From an uncultured Planctomycetia bacterium (GTDB lineage Bacteria > Planctomycetota > MHYJ01 > CAYXQY01): a stretch of DNA of 51,290 nt. Position numbers and translations under genes: made by a program. Under the pieces are notes generated by a model. The model worked only from the letters and a program-made list of their open reading frames with translations, did not search any database and was not told the DNA's origin. Within the stretch, counting starts at the first letter, position 1. Each line of letters begins with the position of its first letter. The DNA lies in assembly GCA_964594615.1 (NCBI GenBank), contig CAZQNZ010000001.1:1-51290 (forward strand). Direction: 5' to 3'. Below, piece after piece: positions 38,835 through 46,922 of the stretch.

Positions 38835-39608
38835 ATGAACCTTCTTCTACTGTTATCACTGGGTCTGATTGTTGCCGGTTTTGCGGTATCCGCACGGGGA
38901 TTTTTGAATTTAGATATACTGTACAGTGTAGATCGTTGTGAGGTGGATCAGATTTCCGAGGCGGGACCGGGTCTTGCCAGTGTCTCCGGGACGATCGAAC
39001 CGGCAGATCAGGTACTTCATTCTCCTGTATCCGAACAGGAGTGTGTGCTATTCGCGGTTGCTGTAGAAGAAAAACATCAGCAGGGAGACGGTCCGCTCTG
39101 GCAGGTCAGTTCCTATGCACAGCATGCTACACCATTTTATCTGGCCGATGACTCGGGTCGTATTCTCGTGGACCCGGAGGGGCTATCGGTTGAGCTGACG
39201 GAACACGACGTGATTGAGGTTCCGAACGGCGTGGTACCACCGGAACCCATCCGTTCTATCGGGGAAACGTTGCGTGATGAACAGCCGGATTGGGCGGAGG
39301 CCCTTGATCTAAATTTATTGACCTGTCAGACCAGCCGGGATACTCGGTTCGTCGAGTATTACATTGAGCCGGGTGAACAATATCACGTTTTTGGAACGGT
39401 GATGGAGCGGTCGGACGGGCGTAATCTGTGCTACGACGACGGGGATTCGTTGGTTGTGTACAGAAATGATTCCACACCCGCCTTCGAGTTATCGAAGTCG
39501 TCCCGGGCGAACGAGATTTTATCCGGCCTTCGCATTGCTCCGTGGATGACGATGGGCGGGGTGCTTTTTCTGGTAGGAATGATTGGAATGGCAGGAGCGC
39601 TCGCGTAG
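38835..39608 (+). CDS. two-TM membrane protein, possibly GIDE-domain family
   Basis: 257 aa with N- and C-terminal hydrophobic helices. The central region has G.ASVSGTIEP....LHSPVSEQECVLFAVAVEE, which I remember as GIDE-like. This assignment is tentative. Confidence 0.5.
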   Translation: MNLLLLLSLGLIVAGFAVSARGFLNLDILYSVDRCEVDQISEAGPGLASVSGTIEPADQVLHSPVSEQECVLFAVAVEEKHQQGDGPLWQVSSYAQHATPFYLADDSGRILVDPEGLSVELTEHDVIEVPNGVVPPEPIRSIGETLRDEQPDWAEALDLNLLTCQTSRDTRFVEYYIEPGEQYHVFGTVMERSDGRNLCYDDGDSLVVYRNDSTPAFELSKSSRANEILSGLRIAPWMTMGGVLFLVGMIGMAGALA

Positions 39609-39847
39609 GGGATCCTGATGCCTTACCGCCGAACAGCGAACAGGATAAACCAGCTGAAGCCGGCGAGCATGAAACGAGTCAGCTCGTAACGTGGAGGGTT
39701 AAATCCGTTTCAGTCGAAGACTCAACTCCGGGAAGTCAGTCCGTTCGTCAAGCACCTGCACCTGCGATCTGGCCGAGACGTGCCGGGCCAATGTTATGAT
39801 AGCGGATGGGGTTAGCAGGTCTCATTCTGGAGGGTCCTGGTTCATCC

Positions 39848-41251
39848 TTACGCGTGGACCGGTTCCCCGATCAAGTCGTATCCTGTTGCACCGGTGACCT
39901 TCACATCGATCAGGTCCCCCGGTTGATGGCCATTGCAGTTGTTGACGTAAATTACGGGATCCTGTTCAGGTGCGTCCCATTCCGTGCGTCCGACCAGGTC
40001 ATCCCCATCGGAGTTCCCGGATTTTTCAAGCAGGACCTCGACCGAATCTCCTACGCGCTCCTCCGCTTTTTCCCGTGCGATTTCCTGCTGGATCTGCATC
40101 AGTTCATCCCATCGGTCCTCAATGACATCTTCGGGTACTTTCTGATCGAGCTGTTGAGAGGGGGCGCTTTCCTCGTCGGAATATTCAAAGACACCAAGGC
40201 GCTCAAATTCGTACTCTTTGACGAACGATTTGAGTTCCTGAAATTCCTCTTCGCCCTCTCCGGGAAAACCGACAATCAGCGTGGTGCGGATCGCAATCTC
40301 CGGAATGCGGTCGCGCAATTTTTCGACCAGATTGATCACATGCTCCTGGCTTGTGCCGCGGGACATTCGTTTCAGTATCTTTTTGGAGATGTGCTGGATG
40401 GGCACGTCAAGATAGGGCACCACGTTTGGGTGATCTCGCATGACATTGATCGCATCGTCCTGGAGATGGCCCGGGTAAGCGTATAGGAGTCGCACCCAAT
40501 CCACCCCATCGACGTCCGCGATCGTTCGCAGGGCCTCTCCAAGCCGGCGTTCACCGTACAGATCCCGACCATAATCACTTGTGTCCTGTCCGATGATATT
40601 AATTTCGCGCACTCCGCTCTGAACCAGTTCTTCGGTTTCGGCCCGAAGATCGTCGAGTCCCTTGCTCTGGAGCCCGCCACGAATGTCCGGGATGATGCAG
40701 AATGTACAGGTGTTGTCGCATCCTTCTGCAACTTTCAGGTAGGCCGTGTGGTCCTGCGTCATACGATATCGGCCCACATCCCGATTGCATTTTTCGTCTC
40801 CACCGGTCAGGATCAGATCTTTTCGTTTCAGGCCGGACATGAGGGCGCGGATGGCTTCATTCATTTTCTCTCGCCGGCGAACCCCGATGACCGCATCCAC
40901 ACCCGGGACTTTTTTCTTGATCCGTTTTCCACGGCGTTCGGCCAGGCAGCCCAGTGCAATCACATGCTGGCAGCGGCCTTCTTTTTTGTAGGAGACCGCC
41001 TCTCGTATCGCTTCCATGGATTCGTTTTCAGCACTTTCGAGGAATCCACAGGTGTTAACGACAATGACATCCGCAGCGGAGTAGTCATCCGTCAGCACCA
41101 GTCCTTCCTCCAGCAGTTTGCCGAGCACTTTTTCCGAATCAACGAGGGCTTTCGCACAACCAAGGCTGGCAAAGGCCACCCGTTTTCCCTCAACGGGAGA
41201 CGAATTCGTGTTTGCTTCGTAGCGGTGTTTTTGGAGTACGTTGCTTTTCAT
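39848..41251 (-). CDS. rimO: ribosomal protein S12 methylthiotransferase RimO (radical SAM)
   Basis: 467 aa. N-terminal cluster FASLGCAKALVDSE...VVNTCGF, radical-SAM motif EGCDNTCTFCIIP, and a TRAM-like C-terminus. Confidence 0.88.
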   Translation of the reverse strand: MKSNVLQKHRYEANTNSSPVEGKRVAFASLGCAKALVDSEKVLGKLLEEGLVLTDDYSAADVIVVNTCGFLESAENESMEAIREAVSYKKEGRCQHVIALGCLAERRGKRIKKKVPGVDAVIGVRRREKMNEAIRALMSGLKRKDLILTGGDEKCNRDVGRYRMTQDHTAYLKVAEGCDNTCTFCIIPDIRGGLQSKGLDDLRAETEELVQSGVREINIIGQDTSDYGRDLYGERRLGEALRTIADVDGVDWVRLLYAYPGHLQDDAINVMRDHPNVVPYLDVPIQHISKKILKRMSRGTSQEHVINLVEKLRDRIPEIAIRTTLIVGFPGEGEEEFQELKSFVKEYEFERLGVFEYSDEESAPSQQLDQKVPEDVIEDRWDELMQIQQEIAREKAEERVGDSVEVLLEKSGNSDGDDLVGRTEWDAPEQDPVIYVNNCNGHQPGDLIDVKVTGATGYDLIGEPVHA

Positions 41252-41280
41252 TGACGATCATATATCAAGAATGACAAAAA

Positions 41281-41362
41281 TGGGCACTGAGGGACTCGAA
41301 CCCCCACGGGAGAACCCACTGGTTCCTAAGACCAGCGCGTCTACCAATTCCGCCAAGTGCCC
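41281..41362 (-). tRNA. tRNA-Leu (anticodon UAG)
   Basis: Reverse complement is GGGCACTTGGCGGAATTGGTAGACGCGCTGGTCTTAGGAACCAGTGGGTTCTCCCGTGGGGGTTCGAGTCCCTCAGTGCCCA. It is a class II tRNA with a long variable arm and anticodon loop CTTAGGA. Confidence 0.9.
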
Positions 41363-41481
41363 GTTAAGGTAATCGATGGCAGGAAGGCAGCCCCACCTTG
41401 GAGCGTGAATGTAGATGGTCCAACATTTTATCGAATCCAGTGGGGGAGGTCAATCTGAATGTTGTTTTGAACAGCCGGAAA

Positions 41482-43599
41482 ATGTGGGCGTCTTTCTGGA
41501 AAAAAATACGGAAACAGCTGGATTTTACGTTTCTGCATTATCCGAGCACCCAGCACTTATACCTGCTGGCCGTCGGTGCGATGGTGGGGGTGCTGGGGGG
41601 GTTGGGGGCCGTTCTTTTTCGATGGTCCATTGGCATGGTGCAACAGGTTGCTTACGGCAGTCAGCAGCCGCTTGGATACATTTTTCACATTCAGGACATC
41701 GGTCTGCTTCGTCTGTTCTTGCCCCCTCTGATCGCCGCCGCCGTCATTGGCCCGATCACGTGGTATTTCCTGGAGAATGTTCGAGGTGCCGGTGTGCCGG
41801 ACGTCCTGGAGTCAATGAACCTCCGGCACGGACGGGTGGTATGGTATATCGCTCCGCTGAAACTTCTTGTGTCCTCCCTTTCTCTGGGGACGATCGCCAG
41901 TGTGGGGCGGGAGGGACCGATTGTTCAAATCGGCTCCTCACTCGGATCGATGATGAATCAATTTGTCTCCATGCCCCGGCGTCACTTGCGTGTACTAACG
42001 GCATGTGGTGGAGCCGCCGGTCTTTCGGCCACGTTCAACACGCCGATTGGCGGTGCGTTCTTCATTCTTGAGGTGGTCCTTGGCTCCTTTTCCTCGCAAC
42101 ACTTTGTCCCCATTGTGATTGCTTCTGTCACGGGGACTGTGGTCGGGCAGCGGTTTCTGGGGGCGCAACCAGCGTTTCAGTTGATGGAACGGTTTTCCTT
42201 CGAGCAGCCGCTGGAAATGCTTGTGTATGCGGCGCTGGGGGTAATTGGAGGTATTCTCGCCTATCTCTTGATTCGATGCGTGGACCTGTTTCGAGATGGG
42301 TTTGATGCCCTGCCCATTCCTGACCTGTTCAAGCCGGTTGTTGGAGGGATGGTTCTCCTTGGAATTGGATTGTCTTACTTCCCGCAGGTGATCGGGGTCG
42401 GATATGAAACCATCGAAGTGCTGATCGGTGCTCAGTCTTCTTCTCCACTGCCTTTTCTGGAGACATCCGTTCAGTTTCTGGTGTTACTGATCCTGTTCAA
42501 GATGATCGCGGTGGGGATCAGTCTGGGGTGCGGTTTTTCGGGAGGCATTTTCTCACCCGCTCTCTTTATCGGGGCATCCGCCGGTTACGTCGTTGGATTT
42601 CTGGCAAATCAGTACCTGGCCATGTCAATGGCACCACCCCAGGCGTATGCCATTGCCGGCATGGCAACGGTATTTGCCGGCACGGCAAACGCACCGGTGA
42701 GCACCCTGATCATCATTTTTGAAATGACCCAGGATTATCAGATCGTACTCCCGTTGATGATCTGCTGTTCGGTGTCCACGCTGATTGCCCGCCTTCTCAC
42801 CGCGGAATCCATTTACACCAGTAAGTTGATGGGCAAAGGAATTGATATTCACGAGACCCCTGAGGAGCTCGTGATGAATCAGCTGGAGGTGGAGGACGTG
42901 ATGCGTTCTGCGGAGGAGGAACCCGTTCTTTCCTCCGACAGCACATTTCGGGAGATCACCCAGGCGTTCCTCGGACACGGACGGGATCACCTGTTTGTCG
43001 TGGATGATGAAGAGCGCGTGCAGGGGGTTATTTCACTGCACGAGGTTAAACGAGCATTTTCGGACATCGATCAGGTCGGTACCCTGGTACGCGCGGTGGA
43101 TGTGATGGATGCCGACGTCCCTCTGATTCCCCTGGAGGCCACCCTGTCCGAAGCCATGAACGAGCTCTGGAGAACCCACTACGATGAACTTCCGGTGGTC
43201 GAGTCGCTGAGCAACCCTACGTTCAGGGGCGTCATCTGGGAACACGACATCATTGGGGTGTACAATCGGGAGATTCTGAAGCAGAAGGCTTCACTGATGA
43301 AAACGGTCCATCAGGAGGAAGGGGAAGAGCAAACGGATTACCTGGAGTTGCCCGACGGATATACGGTGGATCAGATCCAGGTCCCGGACGGATGGCGAGG
43401 GACGGCGATTCGAGAACTCGGGGTTCGAGAGAAGTACGGTATCATGATCGTGGAGATCAAGCGGGAAAAACGGTACGGAGAAATTGAACGTCTTTCTCCC
43501 GAGCCGGATATGATCCTGACAGGCGATGACACATTGATTGTGATGGGGCCGGATGAGAGCATCGATCAACTTCGGTCGACTCCCTGGAAGCGGGATTGA
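41482..43599 (+). CDS. ClC-family chloride channel/antiporter with CBS pair and C-terminal TrkA-C (RCK_C) domain
   Basis: Selectivity motifs GREGPIVQIGS and GGIFSPALFIGA. A CBS-like region is followed by GWRGTAIRELGVREKYGIMIVEIKR...LIVMGPDESI. The track ORF starts at TTG 41398; I chose the first ATG (MWASFWKK). Confidence 0.88.
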   Translation: MWASFWKKIRKQLDFTFLHYPSTQHLYLLAVGAMVGVLGGLGAVLFRWSIGMVQQVAYGSQQPLGYIFHIQDIGLLRLFLPPLIAAAVIGPITWYFLENVRGAGVPDVLESMNLRHGRVVWYIAPLKLLVSSLSLGTIASVGREGPIVQIGSSLGSMMNQFVSMPRRHLRVLTACGGAAGLSATFNTPIGGAFFILEVVLGSFSSQHFVPIVIASVTGTVVGQRFLGAQPAFQLMERFSFEQPLEMLVYAALGVIGGILAYLLIRCVDLFRDGFDALPIPDLFKPVVGGMVLLGIGLSYFPQVIGVGYETIEVLIGAQSSSPLPFLETSVQFLVLLILFKMIAVGISLGCGFSGGIFSPALFIGASAGYVVGFLANQYLAMSMAPPQAYAIAGMATVFAGTANAPVSTLIIIFEMTQDYQIVLPLMICCSVSTLIARLLTAESIYTSKLMGKGIDIHETPEELVMNQLEVEDVMRSAEEEPVLSSDSTFREITQAFLGHGRDHLFVVDDEERVQGVISLHEVKRAFSDIDQVGTLVRAVDVMDADVPLIPLEATLSEAMNELWRTHYDELPVVESLSNPTFRGVIWEHDIIGVYNREILKQKASLMKTVHQEEGEEQTDYLELPDGYTVDQIQVPDGWRGTAIRELGVREKYGIMIVEIKREKRYGEIERLSPEPDMILTGDDTLIVMGPDESIDQLRSTPWKRD

Positions 43600-43698
43600 A
43601 CGACTTCCCTTCCGGGGTTGAGTGAGTGCAGTGATCGATGGGGTACACGAACCCCAAGACCGTCATTTGACGGAACAGATCGTGGGCCGGGCTACGGA

Positions 43699-45198
43699 CT
43701 AATACGTCGGCATGGAGTCGTCAATTTCATGCGCCCAGGCAAGGATGCCTCCTTTCAGGTTTTTGACATCCTCGAAATCGTTCTCCAGCAGGAGTTTCTG
43801 AGCCTGTGCGCTACGCTGCCCGGAACGGCAATGTACCACTATCTCCTGATCACGGGGGAGTTCATCCAGATGGTCCGGAAGATCCCCTACGGGAATGACG
43901 GTGGAACCCTCAAGACGGCAGATTTCGACTTCCTGAGGAGATCGGACATCAAGGATGAAGGGTTCATCGCCGGCATCGATGCGTTCTTTGAGAGTGGTGA
44001 CGTCCATCTCCGGCGGACGATCTTCGTCCTCGTCTTCCCGGAGTGCTTCTTCCTCTTCCTCGGACAGGTCAATGCCGCAGAACTGCTTGTAGTCGATCAG
44101 TTCCGTCACCTCCGGATCCTCACCGCAGACCGGGCAATCCGGATTCTTGGGCAGTTTGAGTTCCCGGAACGTCATCGACTTCGCGTCGAAGATAAGGTAT
44201 CTGCCAATCAGCGGCTCACCGATCCCGGTGATAATTTTGATGGCTTCCAGAGCTTGAAGTGAACCGACGATACCGGGTAACACGCCGAGAACGCCACCTT
44301 CGGCACAATCCGGAACCAGTCCCGGTGGGGGAGGTTCTTCATAGAGGCAGCGGTAGCAGGGTCCTTTCTCGGCATCAAAGACGGAAACCTGTCCTTCAAA
44401 CCGGAAAATGCTCCCATACACGTTCGGCTTTCCGAGCATCACGCAGGCATCGTTGACCAGGTAACGGGTGGGGAAATTGTCCGTTCCATCCACCACGACA
44501 TCGTACTGATCGATGATCTCCAGTGCGTTGTCGCTGGTGAGTTTCTCCTCGTATAACTCGAGTTCGACGTTCGGGTTGATCTCATTGATGGATTCTTCCG
44601 CCGAATCCAGTTTCGACCGGCCGATGTCACTGGAACCGTGAAGCAGCTGGCGCTGCAGGTTTGAAAGTTCAACCTCGTCATGATCGATGATACCGAGTTT
44701 ACCAATGCCGGCTGCAGCAACATACATACCGAACGGAGCTCCGAGTCCACCGGCACCGACCATCAAAATGCTGCTGGATTTCAGCTTTTTCTGACCCTCT
44801 TCACCGATTTCCGGAACGAGGAAATGGCGACTGTACCGTTCGACTTCCTCCTTGGTGAGCTCGGTTTCAACCTCTTCCGCACCTCGGTCCTTCAGCTCTT
44901 CGGCCGTTGATTTCGTCGCTTCAACTCCGCCCGCAATGGCCGGGACAATGCTGATCACATCCTCCTCGTCGAGCTGAGTTTGAGCGTTGTTTTTGGTGCG
45001 GATGTCTTCTTCGTTCACGTAAATGTTGACGTATTGACGGAGGGCATCCTCGTCTTCTTTATATAGATGCTCCGACAGCTCGTTGTACTCGTCGGTCAGA
45101 GCACGAAGCGCCTCATCAACTGTCTCCCCGTCAACGTCAATTTCGTCCTGCTCATCCACGTATTCGCGTAGTGGGGTTGGGATCTTTACGACAGGCAT
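43699..45198 (-). CDS. tri-domain fusion: MoaD/ThiS-like ubiquitin-fold sulfur carrier + ThiF/MoeB E1 adenylyltransferase + rhodanese (MoeZ-like)
   Basis: Residues 1-91 (MPVVKIPTPL...VISIVPAIAGG) end in an internal Gly-Gly. The E1 part has VGAGGLG, CYRC...PDCAEGGVLG...CPVC. The rhodanese active site is HCRSGQRS. The track ORF begins at TTG 45246; I chose the Met at 45198. Confidence 0.85.
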   Translation of the reverse strand: MPVVKIPTPLREYVDEQDEIDVDGETVDEALRALTDEYNELSEHLYKEDEDALRQYVNIYVNEEDIRTKNNAQTQLDEEDVISIVPAIAGGVEATKSTAEELKDRGAEEVETELTKEEVERYSRHFLVPEIGEEGQKKLKSSSILMVGAGGLGAPFGMYVAAAGIGKLGIIDHDEVELSNLQRQLLHGSSDIGRSKLDSAEESINEINPNVELELYEEKLTSDNALEIIDQYDVVVDGTDNFPTRYLVNDACVMLGKPNVYGSIFRFEGQVSVFDAEKGPCYRCLYEEPPPPGLVPDCAEGGVLGVLPGIVGSLQALEAIKIITGIGEPLIGRYLIFDAKSMTFRELKLPKNPDCPVCGEDPEVTELIDYKQFCGIDLSEEEEEALREDEDEDRPPEMDVTTLKERIDAGDEPFILDVRSPQEVEICRLEGSTVIPVGDLPDHLDELPRDQEIVVHCRSGQRSAQAQKLLLENDFEDVKNLKGGILAWAHEIDDSMPTY

Positions 45199-45258
45199 GA
45201 GTCTCGCAGAAAAAAGGGTGTACGATACGTACATACAAATCGGCAAGTTATAGTACTC

Positions 45259-45287
45259 ATTCTACGAAAAAATGTTCCGCCCGTCAA
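45259..45287 (-). promoter_or_regulatory. sigma70-like promoter of the carrier-E1-rhodanese gene (TTGACG-N17-TAGAAT)
   Basis: Read on the minus strand. The -10 element ends about 60 nt upstream of the ATG at 45198. Confidence 0.4.
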
Positions 45288-45546
45288 CGTTTCGGTTTGT
45301 TTACCGGATCCGTTAATCCGAACATGCAAGTTTCCCTTATTCCCATAAGCTCACATTCATGCCACCCCCATCTGGGGATTCTGGGACATTCCCGCGACCC
45401 CTGCTCAATGAAAGCAGCCTGGCTTGAGGTGATTCAGTCCGTGCGTGAGGGGCTACCACGAACTGGAGAGCCGACCGAGGGAAACCGGCACATTCGGTTC
45501 GGGGGAGGCGTTTCCGGCAAACCGGGTCTGTCTACCTCTTATATGT

Positions 45547-45595
45547 CGGCAAGCGAAGAGGAACATGTTCCCCCTTCCCTGGGAACGGAGGCGCC
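45547..45595. repeat. direct repeat copy 1 (49 nt, about three quarters identical to copy 2; perfect 14-nt core CTTCCCTGGGAACG at 45574-45587)
   Basis: Aligned by hand with 46080-46128. Confidence 0.7.
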
Positions 45596-45600
45596 CTGGC

Positions 45601-45920
45601 CAATGGCGGTGAATTAAGCGGTGATTCTTCAGCCCGATTTGCTGATAACAGAATGCCCGGGGGCGTGATTCATTCGTGCTAGTGTGAGACGAGTTAAATT
45701 CAAACAGTAGTAGAAATACCGTTCCATGTGCCTCGAAGCGGGCGACTCAGTGGCAGCCCCCGGTGAAGCGAGTGAAAACGAGCGGAACCGGGGGTCAAAA
45801 CATTCGGTACGAAAGGGATTCCCCCGCTAAGCGGGGGAATGGATCGCTGTGGAACGCTCCATGATTCACCGACAACAAATGTAATATTCCCCCCGTGATT
45901 TGCTTAATTCACCGCCATTG
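45601..45920. repeat. perfect 19-nt inverted repeat (CAATGGCGGTGAATTAAGC at 45601-45619; its reverse complement at 45902-45920) bounding a 282-nt interior
   Basis: Read directly from the sequence. The arms do not extend on either side. Confidence 0.85.
45818..45840. other. perfect 10-bp GC-rich hairpin ATTCCCCCGC-taa-GCGGGGGAAT
   Basis: Read directly; it lies inside the inverted-repeat-bounded segment. Confidence 0.8.
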
Positions 45921-46079
45921 ACGCCATCGCTTTCGGGACGTGAAACCGAAGAAAGTAGAAGGACCTTCCGGACGACCCACCCGCGAAGAACGAAGGAGCA
46001 GAACAATCAGCCAGGCGAAAGCTCCCCGATCAGGAGAAGGAGAAAGACGCGAAAGCGAGTCGCTTACGCTCCAATTAGC

Positions 46080-46128
46080 CGGCAAAAGAAGGTGAACGTG
46101 GCCCTCTTCCCTGGGAACGAAAGCGGCC
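46080..46128. repeat. direct repeat copy 2 (core CTTCCCTGGGAACG at 46106-46119)
   Basis: Aligned by hand with 45547-45595. Confidence 0.7.
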
Positions 46129-46138
46129 TCGCTTTCGT
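46117..46138. other. perfect 9-bp hairpin ACGAAAGCG-gcct-CGCTTTCGT
   Basis: Read directly; it overlaps the end of direct repeat copy 2. Confidence 0.8.
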
Positions 46139-46478
46139 GACGGTGTGTGTTGAGGAAAGGGGGGATACCGGACGTCCCTCCCGTGTAGGAAAGCCGGCAG
46201 CGATGCATTTTTGTTAAGCTGGAATTGTTCCCGGTGTTTGTGAAGCTGCTCAGAAAGCGGCCCGACTTGTTACGCGGGTCTGTACGATGGTAGACGCCGA
46301 TGAAGCGAAGCGGAATCCAGGGTGGTGTCGCGTAAATCGCCCCGAACCCCCGAATGGGGGCATACATGTGTCCTCAGGGTATCGGGGAGACCTAAGTCCG
46401 GTCGATCGAGCCATATGATCGTTCCCCGACGGATCCGGCAGATGTGGTGCTTGTGGATGAGACCCGAGATCGATCTTA

Positions 46479-46922
46479 TTAAGCCGAACCGGTCTCGTCG
46501 GACCACAGCGGCGTAAGCCGGTTGAATTCCGATTCGTCGTCAGCAAGCTGCCAGAAATTCAGATCCGCGGCCGAGCCGTCCTGCACGGAGACGATGGCAT
46601 ACACGTACCGGGGCCAGGCGTGGTCGAGGTCGTACTGTGACGGTTCGGCGGGATGATCGGGGTGGCTGTGATAAAAGCCCACAACGTCAAGGCCCCGCTC
46701 GTCCGCACGATTCTGAGCCTTCAGTTGATCTTTGGGCGTTACCTCGTACCGGCGTTCCCGATTTTCGTCCCGGAGGTTTTCCATCCGGTACAGTTCATGC
46801 ACCTTGATTACATCTTCTTCAAAGGATCCGAGGATGGCCCCACAAATTTCATGGGGATACCCATCTTCTCCGTGTTCACGAATCTTCTCTGCGTCTGTTT
46901 CGGTCAGTTTAATCTTCATCAT
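46479..46922 (-). CDS. JAMM/MPN+ metalloprotease (Mec-like)
   Basis: Motifs HEICG (Glu) and HSHPDHPAEPSQYD (HxHx7Sx2D). The track ORF extends to 47063 inside cysM; I chose MMKIKLTE, which overlaps the cysM stop by 14 nt. Confidence 0.85.
   Translation of the reverse strand: MMKIKLTETDAEKIREHGEDGYPHEICGAILGSFEEDVIKVHELYRMENLRDENRERRYEVTPKDQLKAQNRADERGLDVVGFYHSHPDHPAEPSQYDLDHAWPRYVYAIVSVQDGSAADLNFWQLADDESEFNRLTPLWSDETGSA

Noticed and set aside
24271-41362. Genomic island bounded by tRNA-Gly and tRNA-Leu
   Set aside because: I found no integrase and no direct repeat of a tRNA 3' end. The interval contains core genes (ychF, smc, rimO).
41363-41481. Fluoride riboswitch upstream of the ClC gene
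   Set aside because: The leader contains GATGGCA but lacks the rest of the crcB-motif core (AACCGCC...CTGATGATGCCTAC). The protein also carries CBS and TrkA-C domains, unlike ClC-F fluoride exporters.
45288-46478. RNase P RNA, tmRNA, SRP RNA, cobalamin/TPP/Moco riboswitch or retron msr-msd in the 1.2 kb spacer
   Set aside because: Only fragmentary resemblances were found:
- RNase P: GAGGAAAGG at 46152 and, on the other strand, GAGGGACGTCCGG, versus the P4 sequence GAGGAAAGTCCGGGC. No matching 3' P4 strand lies in the right order.
- SRP RNA: GTCCGGAAGG is present but without the AGCAGC partner.
- Cobalamin riboswitch: GGAATCC...GGAGACCT is present but without the GCCACTG core.
- tmRNA: no T-arm/CCA-like 3' end.
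- Retron: the inverted repeat looks like retron a1/a2, but no reverse transcriptase ORF exists anywhere in the window.

A riboswitch for the downstream gene is also unlikely, because its predicted promoter lies downstream of the spacer.
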